Source: Opitutia bacterium (GTDB taxonomy: Bacteria; Verrucomicrobiota; Verrucomicrobiia; Opitutales; T3Sed10-336). From it: a stretch of DNA of 29,598 nucleotides. Where the stretch lies: assembly GCA_050506795.1 (NCBI GenBank), contig JBJHCF010000054.1, positions 1 through 29,598 of the forward strand, given 5' to 3'. Position 1 is the stretch's first letter. Each line of letters starts with the position of its first letter. The position numbers and the translations under genes are program-made. Shown piece by piece: positions 1 through 9,394 of the stretch. The notes beneath the pieces are model-generated. The model worked only from the letters and a program-made list of their open reading frames with translations, was not told the DNA's origin and did not search any database.

Positions 1-97
1 CTTTGACCGTATGCGAGTGCGGAGCCTCGCGTTCCCGGGAAAGGCAACCGATGAGCCTGGAAACGATCTTCCAGAAATTCGATCCCTTCTTCCGGGG

Positions 98-1645
98 TTA
101 TCGTTTCGGGTTGAAGCCGCTCCATTCGATGCCGGCGAGTTCGGCGATGGGGGCTTTCCAGCTGGCGAGGTCGGATTTCCGGAACTGATTGAGGTGATCG
201 TGGCCGCAGGCGCGGGCCATGACTTTCATGAGTTCGGCGCTGGCGTCGAGGAAGTTGGCCAGGCGGCGGGAGGCGTAGTCGACCTTGAGCCGTTTGCGGA
301 GTTCGGGATTTTGTGTGGCGACCCCGGCAGGACAGAGGTTGGTGTTGCAGATACGGGCGCCGATACAGCCGATGGCCTGCATCGCCGAGTTGGCGAGGGC
401 GATTCCGTCGGCGCCGAGAGCCAGGGCCTTTATGAAATCCGGGTGGGTTCGGAGACCACCGGTTACGATGAGCGTGACGCGGCCCGATTTGCCGGCTTTG
501 TCCAGGCAGTGCCGGGCGCGGGCGAGGGCGGGTATGGTGGGAACGGAGATGTGGTCGCGAAAGAGCAGGGGCGCCGCTCCGGTTCCGCCGCCGCGTCCGT
601 CGAGGATGATGTAATCTGCTCCGGCGGCCAGGGCGAAGGCGATGTCGTCTTCGATGTGTTGTGCGCTCAGTTTGAAGCCGACCGGGATCCCTCCGCTCTC
701 GGACCGGACCCGGTCGGCGAAGCGGCGGAACTCCTCGACCGTGGTCAGGTCCTGGAACGTGGGCGGCGAAACCGCGGGCTCGCCTTCCGGAATTCCACGA
801 ACCTCTGATATGCGGCCGGTGTTCTTATTCCCAGGCAAGTGGCCGCCGGTCCCCGTCTTGGCTCCCTGCCCGCCTTTGAAATGGAAGGCTTGCACCTTCG
901 AGAGTATTTCGTCGCGGTATCCGAATTTTGCCGACGCCAGTTCGTAAAGGTAGCGGCTGTTGGCTTCCTGTTCGTCCGGTAGCATACCTCCTTCACCCGA
1001 GCAGATTCCCGTGCCCGCCAACTCGGCGCCTTTGGCCATGGAGACCTTGGCCTCCTCGGAAAGCGCGCCAAAGCTCATATCCGATACGAGGAGCGGAATT
1101 TTCAGGACCAGCGGTTTCTTCGCTTCGGGTCCAATCACCAACTCGGAACCGATATCGACATTCTCCATCAGCGGTTTCCGCGCGAGTTGGGCCACGATGA
1201 TCTGAATATCATCCCAGCCAGGCAATTCAGAGCGGGGAACGCCCATGGCCGCCATCGGGCCGTGGTGACCGAGTTTTTTCAAGCCTTCCACGGCCAACTG
1301 ATGAATAAAGGCCACAGCAGGCTCTTCAGGCGTCGGTTCCGGCTTGGGCATCCCGTTTTCATCGTCAGTCTTCTCAACGGCGAATGCCTTGCCAACCTGA
1401 TCCTCGGGAACCCTGGCGTGGGTCCCGTCGCAATAGGGAGCGTTGGCGGTCTGCTTGCACCGGCACAGGGCCTCCTCGCCGTCCTCGTCGGCCGTGAACG
1501 CTTTCGGAGTAAAGGAGGTTCCCTTGTGCGATCCGTCGCAGAACGGCTGATTGTTGGATTTCCCGCAAGTGCAGAAATAATACTCCTTCCCCTGTTTCAG
1601 TTCGACGGAAACCGGGCTTCGGGCGGCGACGATGGGGTTATTCAT
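98..1645 (-). CDS. CDGSH iron-sulfur domain / FMN-binding glutamate synthase family protein (515 aa)
   Basis: Two N-terminal CDGSH motifs (CTCGKSNNQPFCDGSH, CRCKQTANAPYCDGTH). FMN-barrel motifs MSFGALSEEAK, SGEGG, KGGQGAKTGTGGHLPG, DGRGGGTGAAP. C-terminal CIGARICNTNLCPAGVATQ [3Fe-4S] motif. No amidotransferase domain. Confidence 0.9.
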   Translation of the reverse strand: MNNPIVAARSPVSVELKQGKEYYFCTCGKSNNQPFCDGSHKGTSFTPKAFTADEDGEEALCRCKQTANAPYCDGTHARVPEDQVGKAFAVEKTDDENGMPKPEPTPEEPAVAFIHQLAVEGLKKLGHHGPMAAMGVPRSELPGWDDIQIIVAQLARKPLMENVDIGSELVIGPEAKKPLVLKIPLLVSDMSFGALSEEAKVSMAKGAELAGTGICSGEGGMLPDEQEANSRYLYELASAKFGYRDEILSKVQAFHFKGGQGAKTGTGGHLPGNKNTGRISEVRGIPEGEPAVSPPTFQDLTTVEEFRRFADRVRSESGGIPVGFKLSAQHIEDDIAFALAAGADYIILDGRGGGTGAAPLLFRDHISVPTIPALARARHCLDKAGKSGRVTLIVTGGLRTHPDFIKALALGADGIALANSAMQAIGCIGARICNTNLCPAGVATQNPELRKRLKVDYASRRLANFLDASAELMKVMARACGHDHLNQFRKSDLASWKAPIAELAGIEWSGFNPKR

Positions 1646-1663
1646 AGGCTTTCCGGTGTGCGT

Positions 1664-2227
1664 CTACAACAAACTCACGATTTCTTCACTCATCGGTTCG
1701 GTCTGCGACGGGAACATATGTGTCAGTTCCCCCTCCTCGTTGATGAGATACTTGAAGAAATTCCACTGTGGTTCGGTGGTGTTCCATCCGTTGAGCGATT
1801 CGTCGGTCAGCCACTTGAAAACCTCGTGCTGGTCCTCTCCCCGGACCGACACCGGCTCGGTAAGGAGAAACGTGACCCCGAATTCGCGTTGGCAGAATTC
1901 AATAATCTCTTCGTTCGTTTCGAGCTCTTGCCGAAAACTGTTCGAGGGAAAGCCGATCACGACAAGCTTGTCATTGTGTTCACGGTACAACGCCTCTAGG
2001 CCTTCATATTGTCGTGTGAATCCGCATCTGGAAGCGACATTGACGATAAGAATCTTTTTGCCCTTAAAGTCGTTCAGGTCGATCGTGGAACCATCGATTC
2101 CCGCAACCTTAAAGTCGTGAATGGTTTGTCCGCCTGAAACGCTTTGCTGGTGTTCCGTCGGACCGACACAGGCGAACGAAGACACCGCAATGGTCACAAC
2201 GAGGACCTTGAAATACGAGAGTTTCAT
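1664..2227 (-). CDS. Glutathione peroxidase family protein (Cys type), probably exported or a lipoprotein
   Basis: VNVASRCGFT (peroxidatic Cys, TGC codon), GFPSNSFRQE, WNFFKYLI. Hydrophobic N-terminus ending SSFAC. Ends 18 bp before the start of the CDGSH gene on the same strand. Confidence 0.93.
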   Translation of the reverse strand: MKLSYFKVLVVTIAVSSFACVGPTEHQQSVSGGQTIHDFKVAGIDGSTIDLNDFKGKKILIVNVASRCGFTRQYEGLEALYREHNDKLVVIGFPSNSFRQELETNEEIIEFCQREFGVTFLLTEPVSVRGEDQHEVFKWLTDESLNGWNTTEPQWNFFKYLINEEGELTHMFPSQTEPMSEEIVSLL

Positions 2228-2372
2228 GACGGTTTTCCTTTGTTGAATTCGTATACCGCGGAGGCCGTAAAATTGGGGCTTACACTTCCATTAGTCAACC
2301 GGAATATCGCATACACTTGCCGGAAAAGGACATAGCTTTCTTCACAACAGGCGATCAGTGCCGAGGGGCCGC

Positions 2373-2401
2373 TTGACGTGCACGCGCTTTGGAGGCATTT
2401 T
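2373..2401 (+). promoter_or_regulatory. Possible sigma70-type promoter
   Basis: TTGACG-N17-CATTTT about 75 bp upstream of the 2476 ORF. The -10 match is weak. Confidence 0.3.
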
Positions 2402-2475
2402 AGTTGCCTCGAATTACGCGCTTTCGGCTTGGAACTCCGGATCGAATTTACTGAGGGGCGAAGCGCGGGTTCTTA

Positions 2476-3918
2476 ATGATTTTCCCGATGACCATACACA
2501 CCATTTTCCGTGCGGCGGCCCTGGCGGCGGCGGCATTTCCGTTCGCGGTGGTGGCGTTCGCTCAAACCACCAACAATCCCTTTCCCGAGAATATCGAGAC
2601 GGAGGAAGGATTGATCGTCGTCGACGTTGTCGAGTTCGCGTCTGTACCGGACGCCGATGGCGCGCCGGCGCGTATGATGCTGATGATCGATGAGCCGGGA
2701 ACCGAACGTATGTTTGTGAATTGTATGCGGGGGCCGATCTACAGCGTCAGCTACGACGGCGGGACGGTCGCGCTCTACGTTGACATCAATGACCCGGCCT
2801 GGGGCGTCGGCGTCGAATCGGGTGGCAGGGAACGGGGATTCCAAAGCTTCGCTTTTCACCCTGAATTTGGAAAACCGGACGAACCGGGGTATGGCCGGTT
2901 TTATACCTGGACCGATGTGCGGGACACAGAGCCGGAAGCGGATTTCAGGCCGGGTGGAGGAAACAACACACACCACACCGTTTTGTACGAGTGGGTGGCA
3001 GAGGATCCTGTGGCGGCCACTTATGACGGAGGCTCGCCCTGCGAGTTGGCCCGCTTCGAGCAGCCGTTCGGTAACCACAACGCCGGCCACCTGACGTTCA
3101 ATCCTTTCTCCTCGCCCGGAGACGAGGATTACGGACTCCTGTACATTGGCTCCGCCGATGGCGGTAGCGGGGGAGACCCGCTAAATCTCTCACAGAATCC
3201 GGCTTCCGGTTTCGGGAAGATCCTTCGGATCGATCCTCTGGGTTCGAACAGCGCGAACGGCCGCTACGGGATTCCGGAATCCAAACCGTTCGCGGGGGAG
3301 GAGAACGAAGAAGTCCTGGGCGAGATTTACGCTCTGGGGATGCGCAACCCGCAGCGCTTCAGCTGGGATCCGGTGAACGGAAACCTGTTCATGGCAGATA
3401 TCGGCCAGAATATCGTCGAGAAAGTGAGTCTCGTTCCCGCCGGCGGCAACCTGGGCTGGAATGAATGGGAGGGGAGTTACCGTTTCGAAAGCCGGTCCGG
3501 CGTTCATATTGACGAACCCCGCAGTGATCCCGCCATCACGTACCCAGTAGTGGAATACGGCCGGTACGATCCCCTGATGGCCGCCCGGGTGGCGGTGACG
3601 GGTGTCCATGTCTACCGCTCCGACGAAATTCCCCAGCTGTCCGGGAAAGTCCTATTCGGCGATATGGTCAATGGGGAGATCCTGTACTTTGACGCCGACG
3701 ACCTTCCGGAAGGCGGAACGGACGGTATCGGCCGGATTCTCTTGCGCGACGGCGGTGATTCGAAAACCTTTCTGCAGATCATCCGTGAGAAGAACGTCGA
3801 GCAGGGGCGCGATCCGGCTTCGCGCACGGACCTCCGCTTCGGCACGGGACCGTCGGAGCGAGTGTTTCTCCTGAACAAGCAGGACGGAACGATCCGTCTC
3901 TTGGTGGCACCAGGTTGA
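2476..3918 (+). CDS. Secreted PQQ-dependent sugar dehydrogenase-like (GSDH/HHIP-like) beta-propeller protein
   Basis: Signal peptide (VVAFA-Q). Motifs ERGFQSFAFHPEF, QPFGNHNAGHLTF, LYIGSADGGSGGDP, GKILRIDP, YALGMRNPQRFSWD, GGNLGWNEWEG. The true start may be ATG 2488. Confidence 0.85.
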   Translation: MIFPMTIHTIFRAAALAAAAFPFAVVAFAQTTNNPFPENIETEEGLIVVDVVEFASVPDADGAPARMMLMIDEPGTERMFVNCMRGPIYSVSYDGGTVALYVDINDPAWGVGVESGGRERGFQSFAFHPEFGKPDEPGYGRFYTWTDVRDTEPEADFRPGGGNNTHHTVLYEWVAEDPVAATYDGGSPCELARFEQPFGNHNAGHLTFNPFSSPGDEDYGLLYIGSADGGSGGDPLNLSQNPASGFGKILRIDPLGSNSANGRYGIPESKPFAGEENEEVLGEIYALGMRNPQRFSWDPVNGNLFMADIGQNIVEKVSLVPAGGNLGWNEWEGSYRFESRSGVHIDEPRSDPAITYPVVEYGRYDPLMAARVAVTGVHVYRSDEIPQLSGKVLFGDMVNGEILYFDADDLPEGGTDGIGRILLRDGGDSKTFLQIIREKNVEQGRDPASRTDLRFGTGPSERVFLLNKQDGTIRLLVAPG

Positions 3919-3933
3919 TTGGAAGCGGCGGCT

Positions 3934-6900
3934 TTATCGATGCCGTTCCCCCGCCGAGGCGCGAAGCGGGTGGTCGTAGGGGCCGGCCTGGTCGAGCGGG
4001 AGGTTGCGGAAACCGATTCGTTCGAACACGGGGGAGTCGGGACGGAGACGGAAATCATCAGGTCCCTCGAAGCCGGGATCGGCGTCGAACTCGGCGTTTT
4101 GCAGCAGATCGAGATTGGCGAGGTTCCCGGTCGTGATTTGGTTGCACTGGACAAAGAGGTTTCGCCAGACGTGGTTGACGGCGGGTTCGTCGAGCATCGT
4201 TGCGATCTCAGGGTAACGTTCCAGGTAGAGGTCTTTGGTGAAGAAACCGGGTTGCTCCGGGTTTTCGCGCAGCATTCGCCAAACGTGGTTGTTTCGGTTC
4301 CAGCCGCCGCTCACGCCCCGTGTGTTGTCGACGAAGATATTGTTATCCATGATGTTGTCGCGGCCGCTGTTCATCTGGACGGCACCGAAGTTTCCGTTTG
4401 AGCTACGGACAAACAGATTTCCGTAGACCAGCATGCCGCTGATGGCGTCGTCGAAGCGGACGGCGGCCTGCCCGTGGACCGCGGGCTCGTCTCCGGCCTT
4501 GCCGATATCCCGGAACGTGTTGTAGCGGAAGATGCCGCCCCGATAGGTGGCGTTTCTGAACATGTCGATGGCGCCCTGGTCGTCGGACTCGGTGACCGCG
4601 TTGCGGATATCATTGAACTCCACCAGGTGGTCGTTGCCCTCGATGCGCATCACACTGCTCGGACCGTCGAACATGAGATTGTGCGCGACCCGATTGCCGA
4701 CGCCTTCGAGTTGGATGGCCGGGGTGTAGGTGCGGTCGATGCGGCCGAAATTGTTAATCCGACTGTTCTCCACGAAATGCCGCGCGGGTTCGAGGGTTTC
4801 CCGCACGCCTCCAATCACCTCGGTGGCGCGCCGACCAATGGTGTGAATGTGACAACCGAAAATGCCGTTCTCCCGGCCCCCGTGGATGGAAATGCCATTG
4901 CCCGCCATCCGTTTCACAGTTGAACCGACGACCAGGCAACGGGTACTGTTGTTAATAACAACACCGTTGTGGCGCGCCAGGTCGAAGACCAGCCCTTCTA
5001 GGCGCACGTCCGTGACCCCGTCCATCGTCATCATCGGTGAATCGAGCATTCCGATTTCGATGGTGGCCTGCTCCGGATCGGAGGGCGGGTAGAAGTAGAG
5101 GATTCCGGTGTCGCGGTTCAGGTACCATTCCCCGGGCCGCTCGATTTCTTCGAGGAGGTTGAAGGCGTAGTAGATGATGCTCTGTTCGTCCGCCATCCCG
5201 CGTCCGCCGTAGTGGTAGGGTTCGGAGGTGGTGATGGTTTTTGCTTCGGTATCGATATCCCCGATACGAGCGGTGGCATCGGCCCAGAGAAAATGGAAAT
5301 AGCCAAAGAGCCACGGGTCCTCGGCCCGCGTCCACCGCTCGTGGCGTTCGTCGAGGTAGCCAAACACGGAGGGTGTGCCTTGCTCCCGGGAGCCGGGTTG
5401 GAGCAACTCCCTGATTTCGACGAACCCTTCGTTGGGCCAGCGGGCCAGGGTCATGGGCTCGCCGTCAAAATAGAGTTCCAGCGTGGGCGGCGCGGGCGGT
5501 TGGCCGAAGCCGCGAACGCGCAGTTCCCCGTAGTCGTGGATGCCCTGCTCGGAGAGGTCGCTCTGATACACCTTGCCGCGGCTGGTTTCGGGCAGGCGAG
5601 CAAGAATCTCGGGATCGGTGACCGGAACAAACCCAAAGAGCCGGACGCCGCCGTAAAGGGTTGCCCGACCCATTTCCTCTGCCCGATAAACCACCGGCGC
5701 GCCTTCGCCGCCGGAATCCTCCGCGGTGAGTTCGAGCGTGTCGCGTATTGGATACGTTCCCGGCAGAAGGGTCACGGCGATCGCTCCCTCTGCGCCGGCG
5801 GCCTTGATCTCGCGAACCGCGTCCCGCGCTCGGATCAATGTCGCGAAAGGCTGGCCGCGGCTGCCGTTGTGATCGTCGTTGCCGTCGGGGGAGACAAAGA
5901 CCTCGGCGGCAAACGATTCGATGACGGGAATGTCGGTGCGTGAAAGCGCCGGATCGTGCGCCGGCAGACCCCGGGCCTCGCGTTCCAGTTCGCGTATACG
6001 CTCGCCGGCTTCGTAACGGTGCACCTCCGGGTACGCTTGATTGTCGGCTATGGCCAAATATTCCGCGCGGGCGGCCTCCGGGTCGCCTTCCGCCGCATGG
6101 CTCTGGGCGATTCGCAAATGCACCTGGCTCCGGTAGTGCGCCGGAATCGTTTCATCAGTGAGAGGTACCTCCAGCATGGACCGAACCTTCGCAAAATCGC
6201 CGGTGCTCCAGGCGGCGGCGACATCCGACAGGGTCGATGCGACTTCCTCGCGTTGCAAAACGGGGGACAGTTCCACATCGAAGGTTTCCCGTCCGGCGGT
6301 GAACTCGGACCGGACTTCGTCGCCTGACAGGGCGCGCCGATAGAGGCTCACCCGGTCGATGGAACCCTGGAAGTTTTGCCACGAACTGCCGACCGTAAGC
6401 CGGCCGCCGAGAGAGAAGTCGCCGTCGAAGTTTTCCGGGAACGCATGGCCGTGACCGGTCACGCCGTTGACAAAGAGGTGGACTTTTCCGTCCTCGCGGT
6501 CGGTGACGGCGGCGACGTGAGCCCACTGATCGAGTTCCAGCCGCAGGGGCGCGCTGGCGCCGGTGGCGCGGATATCGCCGTTCTCATCCAAGTAGCAAAA
6601 GTAGCTGGTGAAGTCCCCGTTGCCGGACAGATTCAACACCAGGTTGGCGTCCGGATAGACGCCGAAGGAGAACAGGCGGCGCTCGTTCTGGGCGGCATCG
6701 ATACTGAACCGGGCGGGCCTGATCCAGGCCGTGAAGCTCCAGGAGTCCTTTCCAAAGCGCAAGTCTTCCGGCAGGTCGACATGGATGATGCTGGAGGAGA
6801 CGCCGTCGAGATAGACCCCTCTGCCGGTGGGGGTATCGATCCGTTCTCCACCCAACACGCCATCGAGACCGTTGCCGGAGAGATCGGTCACGGTATCGCC

Positions 6901-7101
6901 TCCATCCTCCTCGAATGTCCAGCGAATCAGGAGATGGTCCTCCTCGGAGGGCAGGGCTTGAGTGACCAGGGCCGGGGTCGAAGCCAGAATGGCGATCATC
7001 GAGAGGACCCCCAACGACGAAATCATGGCTGTGAGAGAACGCATGGCTTCCATGCCTAACCAAAGAAACTCCACGTTGCAATGACCGTTCTCGACCCGCA
7101 A
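3934..7101 (-). CDS. Secreted LamG-like domain + right-handed parallel beta-helix protein (GH141-like putative polysaccharide-active enzyme)
   Basis: N-terminal hydrophobic signal (true start probably a later Met). LamG motifs WTFEEDGGDTVTDLSGNG, WAHVAAV, FQGSIDRVSLYRRALS. Beta-helix motifs VFVSPDGNDD..PFATLIRARDAVR, LARWPN, NLLEEIERPGEWY, SDDQGAI, AVRFDD. Confidence 0.8.
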   Translation of the reverse strand: MRVENGHCNVEFLWLGMEAMRSLTAMISSLGVLSMIAILASTPALVTQALPSEEDHLLIRWTFEEDGGDTVTDLSGNGLDGVLGGERIDTPTGRGVYLDGVSSSIIHVDLPEDLRFGKDSWSFTAWIRPARFSIDAAQNERRLFSFGVYPDANLVLNLSGNGDFTSYFCYLDENGDIRATGASAPLRLELDQWAHVAAVTDREDGKVHLFVNGVTGHGHAFPENFDGDFSLGGRLTVGSSWQNFQGSIDRVSLYRRALSGDEVRSEFTAGRETFDVELSPVLQREEVASTLSDVAAAWSTGDFAKVRSMLEVPLTDETIPAHYRSQVHLRIAQSHAAEGDPEAARAEYLAIADNQAYPEVHRYEAGERIRELEREARGLPAHDPALSRTDIPVIESFAAEVFVSPDGNDDHNGSRGQPFATLIRARDAVREIKAAGAEGAIAVTLLPGTYPIRDTLELTAEDSGGEGAPVVYRAEEMGRATLYGGVRLFGFVPVTDPEILARLPETSRGKVYQSDLSEQGIHDYGELRVRGFGQPPAPPTLELYFDGEPMTLARWPNEGFVEIRELLQPGSREQGTPSVFGYLDERHERWTRAEDPWLFGYFHFLWADATARIGDIDTEAKTITTSEPYHYGGRGMADEQSIIYYAFNLLEEIERPGEWYLNRDTGILYFYPPSDPEQATIEIGMLDSPMMTMDGVTDVRLEGLVFDLARHNGVVINNSTRCLVVGSTVKRMAGNGISIHGGRENGIFGCHIHTIGRRATEVIGGVRETLEPARHFVENSRINNFGRIDRTYTPAIQLEGVGNRVAHNLMFDGPSSVMRIEGNDHLVEFNDIRNAVTESDDQGAIDMFRNATYRGGIFRYNTFRDIGKAGDEPAVHGQAAVRFDDAISGMLVYGNLFVRSSNGNFGAVQMNSGRDNIMDNNIFVDNTRGVSGGWNRNNHVWRMLRENPEQPGFFTKDLYLERYPEIATMLDEPAVNHVWRNLFVQCNQITTGNLANLDLLQNAEFDADPGFEGPDDFRLRPDSPVFERIGFRNLPLDQAGPYDHPLRASAGERHR

Positions 7102-7498
7102 TGCCGGCGTTTTGCTTCCGTGGCTGACTTGAAAACGTCAGGAAAAGCGAATTTTTTTCGGGTTATCATGAAACCAAACCGTCGTATTCCGTATGCTGGA
7201 GACCAGGAGGGAATGACCATGAAAACACGGATAATACAGAGGCACAAACCAGTTGAGTAGATGAACGTCCAAGCCCCATCATTGGATCGATGAATCGTCG
7301 TGATGAGGTGGGCTGCTATTCACCTCGAGAGGCAGGCAACGTCCAGCTATTGGTTTACGTCGGAAGTGAACGGTCGCAGCTATGTCCGGATCAATTTTTG
7401 GAATGAGGCGCTGATGAAATGAACGGTGTTCTGTACTTCTTGTCATGCCCGAAATCAGGCTTTGAGAAAAAACAAATATCAAGAGAACCGAAATGGAA

Positions 7499-7648
7499 GG
7501 GACATAGATTTTGGATTTTCCAGTGGCCCGCTGCCGCGAGCAGTAGTCTTGCCTTTCTCGCGGAAGAGGGTCCACTTATATTGCGCGAAGCGCTGGACAT
7601 AAATCCAAAATCCAAAATTCCGACTGTCGGTATTATTCTGAATGTCCC
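7499..7648. repeat. Nested imperfect inverted repeat (REP/MITE-like)
   Basis: Left arm gggacatagattttggattttccag pairs with ctgga(cat)aaatccaaaatc...atgtccc. Inner pair ccgcgag/ctcgcgg. Confidence 0.6.
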
Positions 7649-7657
7649 AACAAGATT

Positions 7658-7729
7658 CTCACACGGGGCCACAGAGCTCACGGAGGTGGGTCCTGTGAAA
7701 ATCTCCGTGGCTTTGCAGCTCCTTGTGAG
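7658..7729. repeat. Imperfect inverted repeat of the CACRGAG..CTCYGTG type
   Basis: ctcacacggggccacagagctcacggag (7658-7685) pairs imperfectly with ctccgtggctttgcagctccttgtgag (7703-7729). Confidence 0.65.
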
Positions 7730-8143
7730 CCTAATCTCCGCATTTCCGGTTCCCGTCGCCCAGAGGGCCCCCGCCGGAAACCGTCCCTTCGGGACTCGCG
7801 TTCGCTCACCATCTACGCGCTGGCGCGCTTCGTCCGCTGTATCCTTTGCTTCATCGAACGATACGCCGCCCTAAGGGATCGCCATTCGGCTTGGCGCTGT
7901 AGCCTACGGAAACGGGTTCAGTTTCCGACATGCCAGTAACAACAACTCAGTAGTTCAGGTAGAACGAGAGTTACGGCTTCTTCTAACTTGCCGTCGTACG
8001 GTTAAATTTGCTGGCAGTGCGTTTTCTCGGGGTTATTGATTAATGTTGAAACCGCGCACCCAGACGTCTTCAGCCCGCACGGGCGTCTTTTCGGGCGCGT
8101 ATTGTGTAATGCTTTCGTGGAAAAGCGAATCTAACAGAGAGAG

Positions 8144-8881
8144 GTGCATTCCGACGTTCCCATCATTCCTCGCTCAGTCCGCTTCCAGACGACGCGCTGG
8201 ACTACGGTCCTGGCTGCTCGTGACCTCCGCGACACTACAGGCGAAAAAGCGATGGCGGCGCTTTGCGAGGCGTACTGGTTTCCCTTATACGGGTTTGTCC
8301 GGAGAAGCGGGCGATCCGCCGAGGATGCCCAGGATCTGACTCAGGCCTTTTTCGCCCGGCTGCTCGAAAAGGATTATCTGCGGCTGGTCACGCCTGAGAA
8401 GGGGCGGTTCCGCACGTTCCTCCTGGTCTCGCTGAAACGGTTTCTCGCCAAGGAGTGGCACAAAAGCCAAACAATCAAGCGGGGCGGCAAAGCGGTTTTT
8501 CTGCCGGTCGCTTCGTCGGAAGCCGAAAAGCGTTACGCGATCGAAGTCGTGGATGAGGTGTCACCCGAGGTAGTGTACGACCGGCAATGGGCGCTGACGC
8601 TGCTGGAGAGAACGCTGGCGAGATTGAAGGCTTCTTATGAATCATCCGGGCGCGGTCATTTCTACGAACGGTTCAAAGACCGGCTCACCGCATCGACCCA
8701 GGCCGAGTCGTTCGCTGAGCTGGCGCGCGAGGCGGGGATGACCGAGAACGCGGCTCGGGTTGCGGTTCATCGAATGCGAAAAAGGTTTCGCGACTTGTTT
8801 CGTGCGGAGTTGGCCGAAACCGTCACGGAGGAACATCTGGAGGAAGAAATGCGGCACCTTCGGCAAATTCTTTCCTTGTAG
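8144..8881 (+). CDS. ECF RNA polymerase sigma factor of the kinase-linked FxTTxW type
   Basis: RFQTTRWTTV N-terminus. Region 2 YWFPLYGFVRR..EDAQDLTQAFF..GRFRTFL. Linker YDRQWALTLL. Region 4 HTH FAELAREAGMTENAARVAVHRMRKRFR. Confidence 0.9.
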   Translation: MHSDVPIIPRSVRFQTTRWTTVLAARDLRDTTGEKAMAALCEAYWFPLYGFVRRSGRSAEDAQDLTQAFFARLLEKDYLRLVTPEKGRFRTFLLVSLKRFLAKEWHKSQTIKRGGKAVFLPVASSEAEKRYAIEVVDEVSPEVVYDRQWALTLLERTLARLKASYESSGRGHFYERFKDRLTASTQAESFAELAREAGMTENAARVAVHRMRKRFRDLFRAELAETVTEEHLEEEMRHLRQILSL

Positions 8882-8967
8882 CTGTAACGATTCGCGCGAT
8901 TTGTGAATGTATGAGTTGGAGAGACGAGCCTTATGACGGATTCACGCCAACACTGCCCGCGCTGCCA
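8297..8967 (+). repeat. Direct repeat copy 1 (sigma 3' part, spacer, kinase start)
   Basis: Aligns by eye end to end with 19548-20206, which lacks 12 nt (aacgctggcgag). Confidence 0.95.
8883..8911 (+). promoter_or_regulatory. Candidate ECF promoter upstream of kinase start
   Basis: TGTAAC-gattcgcgcgatttgt-GAATGTA. Same spacing as the motif at 12466. Confidence 0.5.
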
Positions 8968-9394
8968 ACGGGAACTGAAGCCGGACGCCCCCGGTGGGCT
9001 CTGCCCGGCCCGCTTGATGGAGATCAATTTGCAATCGGGCGTCTCCGACTCCGGAGGGCACGGGAAAGCCGTTCCCTGGTCCCTGGACGAAGTCGCCCGG
9101 CGATTCCCCGAAATGGAGGTCCTCGGCCTGATAGCCTCGGCAAACTTCTATCACAAGGTGCATATCAACGTCGCCTTTGAAGATCCCAAATTTAAGGATC
9201 TTACCTTCAGTGTGGACAGCAAGCGGCTGTCAATGACCTTTGAGGCGGCTGGCCTTATTCCAGATGCTTCAGGAAAAGTTACGCTGCGGTTTGGGGTGTC
9301 CGATCCGAAGGCTGTGGCAAGAATTCTTGCGGAGCGAGGCGGAAAGACAGATGAACCAGGCGGTTCACCGAGCGCGAATCTTCCGGCCAAGTGA
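8933..9394 (+). pseudogene. Truncated Ser/Thr kinase N-terminus fused in frame to an unrelated fragment
   Basis: The first 67 aa (CPRC..DAPGGLCPAR..EVARRFPEMEVLGLI) parallel the 12514 kinase (CPKC..DAPEGICPAC..EIAGLFPELEILGML) and stop just before the Gly-rich loop. The rest is unrelated and more AT-rich. Confidence 0.85.

Noticed and set aside
11..808. Long antisense or alternate-frame ORFs (e.g. 11-808, 1187-1999, 10581-11513, 12520-13461, 21015-21896)
   Set aside because: They are shadow ORFs of well-supported genes, as expected in GC-rich DNA, and carry no motifs.
98..1645. Calling the gene gltB
   Set aside because: It is only 515 aa and lacks the amidotransferase, central and GXGXG domains.
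2020..2040. Selenocysteine in the glutathione peroxidase
   Set aside because: The active-site codon is TGC (Cys) and the frame has no internal TGA.
7250..8140. CRISPR array, tRNA or riboswitch in the long spacer; ORFs 7419-7874, 7279-7575 and 7391-7681
   Set aside because: No regularly spaced direct repeats, cloverleaf or recognisable aptamer. The ORFs run through palindromes and show no protein motif.
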